This document shows, piece by piece, positions 1 to 8,186 of a stretch of DNA of 64,000 bases; the stretch's first letter is position 1; the number at the start of each line of letters is the position of its first letter. Both the position numbers and the translations under genes were made by a program. Under the pieces are notes generated by a model. It was not told the DNA's origin. It searched no databases and was given only the letters and a program-made list of their open reading frames with translations. Origin of the DNA: a virus; the IMG/VR virus record IMGVR_UViG_3300018055_000001, positions 1 to 64,000 of that record. The stretch is one strand, 5' to 3'.

Positions 1-159
1 GCGGTGGTCACGTACCGCGAGCTTTTGCAGGTGGTGCGCCGCCTCGAGGAAGTGGGGGCTTTGAGCAGCCCATTGGGGTTGCCAACCCAGCTGGTGCAGC
101 GTGCTATTGAAATCGAAGAAAGCAACGGCGTGACGCCTTGCGAGACGCAAGTGCATTGA
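1..159 (+). CDS. C-terminal fragment of an unidentified protein (gene starts upstream of window)
   Basis: Frame +1 open from base 1 to TGA 157-159 (own translation ...IEIEESNGVTPCETQVH*); absent from ORF track because it has no start. Confidence 0.4.
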   Translation, partial: AVVTYRELLQVVRRLEEVGALSSPLGLPTQLVQRAIEIEESNGVTPCETQVH

Positions 160-175
160 CTGTTGCAAATAGATG

Positions 176-206
176 GCCCTCGCATCAGCTGTAACTGATC
201 GAGGGC
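176..206 (+). promoter_or_regulatory. Stem-loop immediately 5' of HNH gene; homologous copy at 38451-38484
   Basis: GCCCTCG(c)ATCAG-ctgtaa-CTGAT-CGAGGGC, arms 176-188/195-206; no T-tract after it. Confidence 0.6.
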
Positions 207-222
207 ACGGCCCAGAACAAGG

Positions 223-705
223 ATGATTGTTATGGACATTTATGTGATGGCCAGGTTTTGGTCCAAAGTCAATCTTCATGGGCCAGAGCACCCCAAATTG
301 AAGACTTGCTGTTGGATTTGGCCAGTGGCCAAAGGACACCGGTATGGGACATTTTACATCGATGGCAAAAATGAGATTGCTCATCGGGTAGCCTGGTTCC
401 TAGCCAATGGAAAATGGCCGAGCCCAAATGCTCTTCATCGTTGTGACAATACCTCTTGCGTCAGGCCTGATCACCTGTTTGAAGGAACTCAGAGGGACAA
501 TGTCAATGACATGTTGGGCAAGCACCGTCAGGCAGTAGGTGAATTCAATGGGAAATCTAAGCTAACTAGTACTCAAGTCGCAGAGATCAGGGAAATGTAC
601 TCTGAGGGAGGAGTGACCCAAGCATCCTTGGCCAGATTGTACTTCGTAAGTGAAAGTAGAATCTCCAAGATAGTTTCTCGTAAAGAGTGGCGGCATGCCA
701 AGTAA
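223..705 (+). CDS. HNH homing endonuclease (HNH_3 type) with C-terminal HTH-like tail
   Basis: Core ALHRCDNTSCVRPDHLFEGTQRDNVNDM; tail TQASLARLYFVSESRISKIV; paralog of 38490-38987. Confidence 0.85.
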   Translation: MIVMDIYVMARFWSKVNLHGPEHPKLKTCCWIWPVAKGHRYGTFYIDGKNEIAHRVAWFLANGKWPSPNALHRCDNTSCVRPDHLFEGTQRDNVNDMLGKHRQAVGEFNGKSKLTSTQVAEIREMYSEGGVTQASLARLYFVSESRISKIVSRKEWRHAK

Positions 706-1498
706 ATCTAAGAGTTACGCTGCCGGGCATGCTTGCCCAGAATGTGGTTGCCGCATGCTCCATAGAGATAGCGACAAGGGGAAATTTCTGGGATGTGAAC
801 GCTTTCCGGTGTGCGTTGGAACCCGTCCTATTGGTCCTGGCCCGCACTCGTACACCAAGCTGCTGCTGGCGGCTTACGACAAGGCTTTGGTCTTCCTGAG
901 TGGACCGAAGCTTCTCGGGCCAACAACTGCTTCCATGTGGCTGTTGTCTCACGCACTGGGCTTAGAAGAAGGTGAATTTCCTCTTGAGAACCATAAGGCC
1001 AACGAATTGGCCAATGACGCCCTCGAGCGCGGGGTGGATGCAGCCATCACATACCTGGCAGGTATTGGGATAGACCACGACTTTCTGGTTTCTGCGCACA
1101 ATGAACGAATGCTGGGGATCAAGTCGAGACTTCGGTACAACACTGCCCCTATCCAGCTGCGGAACATGCCAAAGGCGGTTATTCAGCGCAGGTACGACAT
1201 GGGAACCATCGAGCAGTTTGAGGCTGCCATTACCACGGATTGGGTGAATGATGGGCAGCACTGTCCCCGCTGTGGTGGTTGGGCTGAATCCATGCGTAAT
1301 GTGGCTACACGCGAGTTGATGGACGTCTTCGATGAAGGGTTTGAATTCGCTGAGACTAAAATCTTCGAGTGTGGGGAATGCGGTATCTTTACTAAGAAAA
1401 AGAACACGTACACGTATGAGATAGACAAGGACACACCGGGGGTTGCTGCAGGCATTACCCTGGGGACTACAACTTTCAAGAGAAAAACGGAGGACTAA
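695..1498 (+). CDS. Zinc-finger protein, topoisomerase-type C4 finger at N-terminus, function unknown
   Basis: CPECGCRMLHRDSDKGKFLGCERFPVC (zf-C4_Topoisom-like) plus C-terminal CPRCG...CGECG ribbon; 267-aa ORF. Confidence 0.6.
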   Translation: MPSKSKSYAAGHACPECGCRMLHRDSDKGKFLGCERFPVCVGTRPIGPGPHSYTKLLLAAYDKALVFLSGPKLLGPTTASMWLLSHALGLEEGEFPLENHKANELANDALERGVDAAITYLAGIGIDHDFLVSAHNERMLGIKSRLRYNTAPIQLRNMPKAVIQRRYDMGTIEQFEAAITTDWVNDGQHCPRCGGWAESMRNVATRELMDVFDEGFEFAETKIFECGECGIFTKKKNTYTYEIDKDTPGVAAGITLGTTTFKRKTED

Positions 1499-1500
1499 TC

Positions 1501-1758
1501 ATGTTGAAAATTGTTGCAACCTACAGCGTTCAGAGAATCATTGAGGTAGAGGGCTTCGACAGCGTCGACGAAGAAGGAGCCCATGACGCCGTGGCTAGCG
1601 CCAGTTCATCGGTCGTAAAGAAACTTGAGGACGAGGGATGGAAGGTCAGTACAATTGACCTGGAGTCCGCCGATGAGTTCGAGGACGATGAAGATGACGA
1701 GGACGAAGACGACGACGATGACGATGATGAAGACGACGAGGGCAATGAGTCCACGTGA
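1501..1758 (+). CDS. Hyper-acidic small protein with poly-D/E tail
   Basis: 85 aa; my count is 35 D/E vs 5 K/R; C-terminal DEFEDDEDDEDEDDDDDDDEDDE. Confidence 0.7.
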   Translation: MLKIVATYSVQRIIEVEGFDSVDEEGAHDAVASASSSVVKKLEDEGWKVSTIDLESADEFEDDEDDEDEDDDDDDDEDDEGNEST

Positions 1759-2156
1759 GTAGGCTACAGCTGCTTCAACAGCGCGTGCTACTTGCCGCGA
1801 GGAACTGGTGGGTAAGTAAACGCCCCAAGGATGCCAGCGAAAAGAGCCACCTCAGCAATTCCACAGTGAATACAACCACGGTCCTGGAGCATCAATTGGC
1901 CAGGGCTGTGGCTACTCTGGTGAAGGAAGGGTGGACTCCAAATGAGACTCGGCAGCTTGTGGAAGACCTTTTGGCTTGTGCCAAGGGCTTGGACAAGGGC
2001 AATTGGCGTACTTGCGATGAAGTCATCAATCGTCACGAGATCTTTCGACGTGCTGAGGTGTTTTTGGGAAATCGTGAAGTCGTTGAGGATTGTGCCCCGC
2101 AGGCACAGAGACCAAGGCGGCTCGTACGTATCCAAAGCAGAGATGGCAGCCGCTGA
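1755..2156 (+). CDS. Hypothetical protein
   Basis: 133-aa ORF; GTG start forms GTGA overlap with upstream stop. Confidence 0.55.
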   Translation: MSRLQLLQQRVLLAARNWWVSKRPKDASEKSHLSNSTVNTTTVLEHQLARAVATLVKEGWTPNETRQLVEDLLACAKGLDKGNWRTCDEVINRHEIFRRAEVFLGNREVVEDCAPQAQRPRRLVRIQSRDGSR

Positions 2157-2331
2157 GGAATTTGAGAAAAAGCTGCGCCCTGAGTACCCATTTCTGCGGA
2201 TCTACATGGATGCTACCAACTGCTCGTACAAGGAGGCTGAGCATGCTTTCAATAGAGCGGCGGCGCGCAAGGAGACGGAAGAAAAAGCTGCTGCTCAGCA
2301 GAGTGGTCAAAAATCCGACAAAGCTGGCTAA
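2143..2331 (+). CDS. Hypothetical small protein
   Basis: Internal ATG 2143 of ORF 1942..2331 (MAAAEEFEKKL...); overlaps upstream stop by 14 nt. Confidence 0.45.
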   Translation: MAAAEEFEKKLRPEYPFLRIYMDATNCSYKEAEHAFNRAAARKETEEKAAAQQSGQKSDKAG

Positions 2332-2368
2332 GCGACGCGCAAAGAAGCTCAATCGTGACGGCAAACGC

Positions 2369-2536
2369 ATGGAGCGTACCATTGAGTGTAGTATGCGTAA
2401 AGAGGCTGTTGGGCATGCGGTAGCAGTCGATGGGATTGACCTTGAAGACGGTGACAAGCTTCCATTCACCAACGATCCTGATCCGAAAAAGAATGGCATC
2501 TACAAAGTAACTCTAGGGAGGTGGGACCGTCTATGA
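2369..2536 (+). CDS. Hypothetical small protein (start uncertain; alt GTG 2303)
   Basis: Distal part of ORF 2090..2536 (MERTIECSMRKEAVGH...GIYKVTLGRWDRL). Confidence 0.35.
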   Translation: MERTIECSMRKEAVGHAVAVDGIDLEDGDKLPFTNDPDPKKNGIYKVTLGRWDRL

Positions 2537-2745
2537 GTAAGCGCAAGAAGAAAGTCCACAATCCCAGGACTCAACCTTGGTGGGGCAAGACCAAGTCTGC
2601 TCCAGTGGCTGCGAAAATCATGGAGAGGAAAATACAGGGAGCCATGGGCAGACAGCACCCCCCTGAGCAGCAGTGGTTCACCCTTGGTCATCCACCTCAC
2701 CTCTATTCGAAGTCAACTCCATACGATCCGCCTAAATCCCCATGA
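2533..2745 (+). CDS. Hypothetical basic protein
   Basis: MSKRKKKVHNPRTQPWW...; ATGA overlap with upstream stop. Confidence 0.5.
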   Translation: MSKRKKKVHNPRTQPWWGKTKSAPVAAKIMERKIQGAMGRQHPPEQQWFTLGHPPHLYSKSTPYDPPKSP

Positions 2746-3134
2746 AGGTGATGAGATCTCGGGGTTCAATCTTGCCGGTGGAGGCCTCGCCCGACGCAAC
2801 GCCAGAAGACATTGTCGCTGTGCACATGGAGGTCAAGTTCCTCAATGGTTGGATGGCGTACACCGTGAAAAGTCCTCACGATCATGTGCGCTTCAGAAAG
2901 GGTGAAACAGTTCTGGTGAAGTTTGGAAAGGATCTCCTGAAGCGTTTGGCCGTAACCGTAAAGTACGTAAGGCAACGCTGGGATGGCAGCAAGTACGTGG
3001 ACAAGTACGAACTCACTTACCCCAAACCGAACTATTGGTTCTGGCCTGGTCTCGAGGATGAGGTACACGCTCGGCAAACTAGGCAATTTCGCATGAGGGG
3101 GCGCAGCGAGAAGCGTGTGCTGAAACCCTACTGA
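2742..3134 (+). CDS. Hypothetical protein
   Basis: 130-aa ORF, ATGA overlap with upstream stop. Confidence 0.6.
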   Translation: MKVMRSRGSILPVEASPDATPEDIVAVHMEVKFLNGWMAYTVKSPHDHVRFRKGETVLVKFGKDLLKRLAVTVKYVRQRWDGSKYVDKYELTYPKPNYWFWPGLEDEVHARQTRQFRMRGRSEKRVLKPY

Positions 3135-3580
3135 TGGAACAACTACTTCTGCCGTACTTTGCAGGGGAAGAGTTCGAAGCGCTCTTGTGCCGGCCTTCTT
3201 TGCAATCCCCCGCTTGGAGGCATATAGCTAACACGATGTTCATGTCCCAGCAAAGTTGGGAGGACATCCTGCGTTGGCAGTATTACAACGAAGATCAACT
3301 GGAGTTTTCATTCATGAATGTGCCCAAAAGCTACTTAGATACACCCAAGAACCCTATACGCAAGGTGCTTCGCGCTATGACAGGAAGGAAGCCACCAAAG
3401 TACGTGCAGGGCTACAACTACAACAATCTGACCGATAGGCAGTACCAAAGTCTTCAAGACTGGGCTGCGCAGCATGTCACCCCTAGGTGGCTCACAGGCA
3501 TTGGCCTCATCGAAGCGGCAGAACGTCAAGTGAATGAAGCCGTAGATAATGGGAACATCCCGCCGGAGAACGAGGGATGA
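3134..3580 (+). CDS. Hypothetical protein
   Basis: 148-aa ORF, TGATG overlap. Confidence 0.6.
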   Translation: MEQLLLPYFAGEEFEALLCRPSLQSPAWRHIANTMFMSQQSWEDILRWQYYNEDQLEFSFMNVPKSYLDTPKNPIRKVLRAMTGRKPPKYVQGYNYNNLTDRQYQSLQDWAAQHVTPRWLTGIGLIEAAERQVNEAVDNGNIPPENEG

Positions 3581-3987
3581 TCAGTTTTTCTGCCAAGCAC
3601 GAGTTTTCTCCACAAGAACAGTTGCTTCTTGAGCAGCTCTCCGTGCTAGTAGCGAGAATTCCCGAAGAGATTGCCAGCCCAATCAGGTGCCACGAACTTG
3701 TCAGGGCAGTGGGCAATCTGTACCAAATGCAGGTGGTGGACGGGCACTACAACAGAACTGAGCACTCTTGGCTGTACACCAGGAACAAGCCCCGCACTGC
3801 CAAGAACTACATCTTGGATGTCTACGCAGTGGGCAGGCTGCCCATGGTGCAATTGATGGATGCGTACTACTACCGAGATGTGTACGTTGAATCGCAAGCG
3901 CGGGATGATATCGACCACAATGTGGTTGGGCAAATACTGGGCTGCTTGACAGCCTGGTCCCACCAATGGAAGACACTTCAAGTATGA
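3577..3987 (+). CDS. Hypothetical protein
   Basis: 136-aa ORF, ATGA overlap. Confidence 0.6.
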   Translation: MISFSAKHEFSPQEQLLLEQLSVLVARIPEEIASPIRCHELVRAVGNLYQMQVVDGHYNRTEHSWLYTRNKPRTAKNYILDVYAVGRLPMVQLMDAYYYRDVYVESQARDDIDHNVVGQILGCLTAWSHQWKTLQV

Positions 3988-4724
3988 AACGAATCCTGAT
4001 CCTCGACACTGAGACCACTGGCACCGACAAGGAGATACACTGGGTTGTCGAAATAGCCGCCATTCTCTACAGTATCGAGCACGCCACACCCATCATGACG
4101 TACTCAGGCCTCATCCCGGGCACGATGAATTTGGCGGCAGAGTTCAATGGCATCCCTCCAGCTCTGTTGAAGCAGGCAGGCACGCTGGGGGCTACTTGTG
4201 CGCTGCTGGATGAGATGCAGATGAACGCCGACGCCATAGTGGCTCACAGCGCCCAGTTCGACTATGACTTCGTAACGAAAGAGCAGTATTGGGGCTTTGA
4301 CTGGGACGGGCTTCCGTGGATTTGTTCCATGCGGCACATCCGTTGGCCCAAGCACATCAAAAGTCGCAGCCTGGTGTCATTGGCGTTGGCGCACGGAGTC
4401 CCTATAGTGGCAGCACATCGTGCCTTGACCGACTGCGATATTCTGGCCAGGTTGCTTACGAAGGTGAGTGAGTCGGGGACTGATCTCGAGTCTCTGCTTG
4501 AAAAAGCGATGCGTCCTCGTGCCCTTGTGGAAGCTTTGACCACCAAAGATGAGAAGGACTTGACGTACCTGTGGGGCTTCGACTGGGATCCTGCCCATAG
4601 AAAGACTTTGCGGGAAATGCCCCCGGAGGATATTGATGAACTCCCCTTCAAATGCAGGATCCTCCGTGAAGCGCCCACTCTTGCTAATGGGGAAAGCGAC
4701 GTAGATACAAAGGCCACGGCGTAG
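3984..4724 (+). CDS. DEDDh 3'-5' exonuclease (DnaQ/epsilon-like)
   Basis: ExoI ILDTETTG, ExoII IVAHSAQFDYDF, ExoIII HRALTDCDILARL; ATG 3984 in ATGA overlap. Confidence 0.85.
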   Translation: MKRILILDTETTGTDKEIHWVVEIAAILYSIEHATPIMTYSGLIPGTMNLAAEFNGIPPALLKQAGTLGATCALLDEMQMNADAIVAHSAQFDYDFVTKEQYWGFDWDGLPWICSMRHIRWPKHIKSRSLVSLALAHGVPIVAAHRALTDCDILARLLTKVSESGTDLESLLEKAMRPRALVEALTTKDEKDLTYLWGFDWDPAHRKTLREMPPEDIDELPFKCRILREAPTLANGESDVDTKATA

Positions 4725-4740
4725 TCCGGCACTGCACTCT

Positions 4741-5106
4741 TTGACGGAAGATGCAGAGAAATTCATCCCCACTTCTGAAGCCACGCTCGCCGACGAGGTG
4801 GGGATCCGCATGGAGAGGACTATTGCAGGCTCCCAGGACCATTTGGTCCCTTATAGAACCCGCAATGCACACGGCAAGAAGCTTCGAAAGGGACTTCCCT
4901 GCCATGTGCGACGTTCTGCCGCAGGCCACATCATCGTGCTCGTTTCCACGACATACTTGGACCCCACGGTGCACGACTCAAAGCTCTATACTCGGCTCAC
5001 TTTTGAGGGGTCTTGGTACTTGAGAGGCTACGAGAACAAGGAACGACTCAACAAGATTTACAAAACCCGCAAGTCCAAGTACTTTGTGGGATGCAAACCA
5101 TTCTAG
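4741..5106 (+). CDS. Hypothetical protein (TTG 4741; alt ATG 4810)
   Basis: 121-aa ORF; GAGGTGGGG precedes ATG 4810. Confidence 0.45.
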   Translation: MTEDAEKFIPTSEATLADEVGIRMERTIAGSQDHLVPYRTRNAHGKKLRKGLPCHVRRSAAGHIIVLVSTTYLDPTVHDSKLYTRLTFEGSWYLRGYENKERLNKIYKTRKSKYFVGCKPF

Positions 5107-5116
5107 GAGAAACCAC

Positions 5117-5614
5117 ATGATTCATTACGTTGGCGGATTTCTGTTCGATACCAATCAAAGGTATATTCTGCTCATCGAGAAGAACAAGCCAGAGTGGATG
5201 AAGGGCTTGTACAACGGCGTTGGCGGCCGCATCGAAGAAGGCGAATCCTCTTTGCAGGCCATGGTGCGCGAGTTCAAAGAGGAAACCGATCTAGACGTCG
5301 AGCATTGGAATCCCTATTGCACGATGGTCGGGGACAATGACGGTGGATGGGACGTCGAGTGGTTTTGGGCTGTACTACCAGAGCAAATTCTGCGTAAAGC
5401 GCGCACAGCCATGAAGGAAGAAGTTCGTGTCACTACGGTGGCTGCCGTCATGGCGTCCGAAATACCGCTCATGGCCAACCTGCCTTGGCTTGTTTCCATG
5501 GCTATCGTCAATATCTTCGGTAAAGATCGCTGCAGCCACCATGTGGTTCACGAAGAGGGGGTGGTGCAGGATGACCAGGAAACCTCTGAGCACGAAACAA
5601 CTACGGGTTCTTGA
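5117..5614 (+). CDS. NUDIX hydrolase
   Basis: Nudix box GGRIEEGESSLQAMVREFKEETDL; AGGAGA SD 7 nt before ATG 5117. Confidence 0.85.
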   Translation: MIHYVGGFLFDTNQRYILLIEKNKPEWMKGLYNGVGGRIEEGESSLQAMVREFKEETDLDVEHWNPYCTMVGDNDGGWDVEWFWAVLPEQILRKARTAMKEEVRVTTVAAVMASEIPLMANLPWLVSMAIVNIFGKDRCSHHVVHEEGVVQDDQETSEHETTTGS

Positions 5615-5762
5615 AGCTGCCTGTGTAGGGTTCATAGACAAGTACGAGGTGAGCTGCGAAGGGTCAGCCTATCAAGTGGACAGAGTAAATGAGGCAGCTC
5701 CTGAGCTTTTGATTGCCGTAGGCAAGATTGTGGGGTTTCATGAGTATGCCGACTCAGGATAA
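5571..5762 (+). CDS. Hypothetical small protein
   Basis: Internal ATG of ORF 5427..5762 (MTRKPLSTKQLRVLEAAC...). Confidence 0.45.
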   Translation: MTRKPLSTKQLRVLEAACVGFIDKYEVSCEGSAYQVDRVNEAAPELLIAVGKIVGFHEYADSG

Positions 5763-6039
5763 GCATTTTACGTCCAGCGAGTGCGAGTCCGCAGTAGACC
5801 TCGAGGATAGGCTCTACTGTAACTGGTTAGCCCCGGAGATAGCTGAAGCTCTGAAGACATTGGTGGGGCGATCTATTACGGAGAACAATCCATTGCCTGA
5901 CCGTTTCAGCTTTCTGTGCTCCAATGGGGAGGCATATCGGGCGCGCATCGCTGACTGGGAGCCGCGTACCATGATCATCAAAGTGGAAATACCTCTGACC
6001 AACCACAATGCAGAGCTTGAAGTCGCCGTCAGCTACTGA
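5740..6039 (+). CDS. Hypothetical protein, member of tandem 'EFEERxY' family
   Basis: ECESAVDLEDRLYCNWL motif shared with next three genes. Confidence 0.55.
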   Translation: MSMPTQDKHFTSSECESAVDLEDRLYCNWLAPEIAEALKTLVGRSITENNPLPDRFSFLCSNGEAYRARIADWEPRTMIIKVEIPLTNHNAELEVAVSY

Positions 6040-6334
6040 GTTCACCCACGACGAGGTTTGGGAAGCCTTCGAGTTCGAGGAGCGCATTTACAAAAAGCAC
6101 CTCCTGGACGAGATGAGCATTCAAGTAATGGATCTCATGACGCAGAAGGCCAAGAGCAATATCCACCTGCGTGGCTCAGTCACTGCCGGGCAGTTCGCGG
6201 CCATGAACCCTCCAGAGCTCGTCACAATACTTAGTGAGGAAGTACGCCTGACTTGGAAGTCCTTTGGAGAAGAGGGCATTGAGGTTGAGGCGTACACCTC
6301 AGTTGGTACATGGCGCTTGATGCTAGGATTTTGA
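6008..6334 (+). CDS. Hypothetical protein, 'EFEERxY' family
   Basis: DEVWEAFEFEERIYKKHL. Confidence 0.55.
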   Translation: MQSLKSPSATEFTHDEVWEAFEFEERIYKKHLLDEMSIQVMDLMTQKAKSNIHLRGSVTAGQFAAMNPPELVTILSEEVRLTWKSFGEEGIEVEAYTSVGTWRLMLGF

Positions 6335-6341
6335 GGTGACT

Positions 6342-6539
6342 ATGGCCAAAAAGTTCGACAAAAGGTTCAACAAGGAAAAGAGCGTGGTCCTCGGTATGGC
6401 GCAGGGTCTCACCGTCGATCAGGCGCTTGACGCCATTGAGTTCGAGGAGCGCATGGAGCGTCGCATAGCCGAGGATGCGATACGGCCGATAGCTATTGCC
6501 ACGCACGTTCCCGTTCACTACCTATTGCCACCTCTATGA
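6342..6539 (+). CDS. Hypothetical protein, 'EFEERxY' family
   Basis: DQALDAIEFEERMERRIA; ATG 6342 (ORF track GTG 6336). Confidence 0.55.
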   Translation: MAKKFDKRFNKEKSVVLGMAQGLTVDQALDAIEFEERMERRIAEDAIRPIAIATHVPVHYLLPPL

Positions 6540-6635
6540 CTTACACGCCCGCCTCGCACCAGCTCATCTCCCACGAGGATTTCCGTAGCTCTTGAGCTCG
6601 AGACAATCATCAATCGTTACCTGTGGCGTCAATGG

Positions 6636-6884
6636 ATGGCCGATCTATTGGGGAGTATGTCGTGGGAAGACACAATACTCCCGGACAGCTATTCTACATT
6701 CAGGAGAGAGTACATGGGTCAATTCATCGAGGAGCAAAATCGCGTGTACGAAAAGGCTCTCCTTGGTGCGCTCATGCACCCAGTGAAGCCTTTGGTAGTG
6801 AAAATGCCACCTTTCTTCGAGGAGAAATACATTGACGAAAGACGGTTGTTCCCCCGAACAAATCCGAGATGCTCGGAGACTTGA
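6636..6884 (+). CDS. Hypothetical protein, divergent 'EFEERxY' family member
   Basis: GQFIEEQNRVYEKALL; frame is open from 6540, first ATG at 6636. Confidence 0.5.
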   Translation: MADLLGSMSWEDTILPDSYSTFRREYMGQFIEEQNRVYEKALLGALMHPVKPLVVKMPPFFEEKYIDERRLFPRTNPRCSET

Positions 6885-7293
6885 GCATGTACTCGATGGA
6901 GGCCTGGACCCTGCTTGGTTGTTGAAAAAGAAGCATGCTGAAGTTGAAGTAACTTTCTCAAAGGTCAATGTAAGCAGATGGCTGGCCAGGCATGGTTGGG
7001 ATCTCGTGGACAATGGGTTTCACAAGCTGTGGAGTCACCCTGAGCGGAAGCTAGAAGGCTTTCGAACACCACATGCACTTATCCGCACTGCTGAGTGGCT
7101 TGTGGCCGACATCCTTGTAGACATGGGCTGGGCCCGCGTGGATGCCAAGTACGGTAATGGGGACGTGGCTTTCGCCAAGTTCATCGAGCCTGGCAAATAC
7201 CGAATATCCAAGGGCAGGCCTGTTTGCCTCCCTGGCGCTGAGAGGCACAGAGTCCAATACGCAGCTAGGATTGCTGGGATGAGGACTGAATGA
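6832..7293 (+). CDS. Hypothetical protein, paralog of 7492-7971 (start uncertain)
   Basis: VSRWLARHGWDLVDNG... aligns by eye with LSNWLRDYGWEVMDSG... of the next-but-one gene. Confidence 0.5.
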   Translation: MTKDGCSPEQIRDARRLEHVLDGGLDPAWLLKKKHAEVEVTFSKVNVSRWLARHGWDLVDNGFHKLWSHPERKLEGFRTPHALIRTAEWLVADILVDMGWARVDAKYGNGDVAFAKFIEPGKYRISKGRPVCLPGAERHRVQYAARIAGMRTE

Positions 7294-7532
7294 GCACAGT
7301 AACCAGTAGGCGCAGGTACAAACGTGAGCGCAAGCGCTTCAAGCAAAGGCGCATCAACAAAGTGGCTGCCCGCATGGAAATCAAAATCTTGGAGAGCCTC
7401 TCCGCGAGCAGAAGCGCCATATTGGCAAATGCTGCTGACGCGGCCGTACAACAAATTAGGCAGCGTGATGTTCTTTCAGGAAACGTTGAGTATGGCAAAA
7501 CCCAATACCGAAGCAGTACCAAAGTACGCTGA
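7290..7532 (+). CDS. Small basic protein (RRRYKRERKRFKQRR N-terminus)
   Basis: 80-aa ORF, ATGA overlap with upstream stop. Confidence 0.5.
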   Translation: MSTVTSRRRYKRERKRFKQRRINKVAARMEIKILESLSASRSAILANAADAAVQQIRQRDVLSGNVEYGKTQYRSSTKVR

Positions 7533-7971
7533 TGAACTTTCTCAAGCTCGAGCAATGGAATTCAGCTTCGAAGGCATCAACCCAGCCAATTTCCTTCGGG
7601 AGATCAGAATTAGCCCTGCTCCCAATGGGCAATGGGCACAGTTGTCGAATTGGCTGCGCGATTACGGTTGGGAAGTTATGGACAGTGGTACCTCAATCAC
7701 CGCTGAGTGGTGGGCTGCCCCTCTCCCCAAGGGGCATAGCAGAATCCTCGTGACTATTGAAGAGGCACTTCGAAGGCAGGCATTTCGAGTTTTGGCCACG
7801 CATCTTCGCGAGGTAGGCTACAACGTGCAGTACACCATCGACCGAGGCATGGTCATTGGCTACGGCAAATGCCTGCTACCTGGCTCCTACAAGAAAACTC
7901 GGGGCAGGATTTTGTACCGTGGCTCCCCCATCACATTGACTATGGCCGCTGTACGGGAGGGCTTTCTATGA
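7492..7971 (+). CDS. Hypothetical protein, paralog of 6832-7293
   Basis: Internal ATG 7492 (MAKPNTEAVPKYADELSQARAMEFSFEG...). Confidence 0.55.
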   Translation: MAKPNTEAVPKYADELSQARAMEFSFEGINPANFLREIRISPAPNGQWAQLSNWLRDYGWEVMDSGTSITAEWWAAPLPKGHSRILVTIEEALRRQAFRVLATHLREVGYNVQYTIDRGMVIGYGKCLLPGSYKKTRGRILYRGSPITLTMAAVREGFL

Positions 7972-8186
7972 GCCCAGACTCAGGCTGTGCCACTTCACCC
8001 CTCGTTGGCTACCACATCCAGAGAGGTGAGTTGTTCTTCGGCGATGACCGCCATGGACCAGACGAAACCCTATGGCTCCCATTCAGTGACCCATTTGTCT
8101 GTCGCTGGTGGGAGCTGCACAATGTCCAGAAATTCTTGAAGCTCGGCGACATCATCCGAGTTTCATTGGATGGAGTGCTGGTGTGA
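7968..8186 (+). CDS. Hypothetical small protein
   Basis: MSPDSGCATSPLVGYHIQRGE...; ATGA overlap. Confidence 0.5.
   Translation: MSPDSGCATSPLVGYHIQRGELFFGDDRHGPDETLWLPFSDPFVCRWWELHNVQKFLKLGDIIRVSLDGVLV

Noticed and set aside
1530-1754. 74-aa poly-Ser ORF on the minus strand
   Set aside because: It is a mirror-frame artefact of the GAn-rich DNA encoding the poly-D/E tail of the 1501-1758 protein.
6592-6835. Two overlapping alternative-frame ORFs (64 and 70 aa)
   Set aside because: The 6636-6884 frame carries the family motif shared with the neighbouring paralogs; these frames do not.
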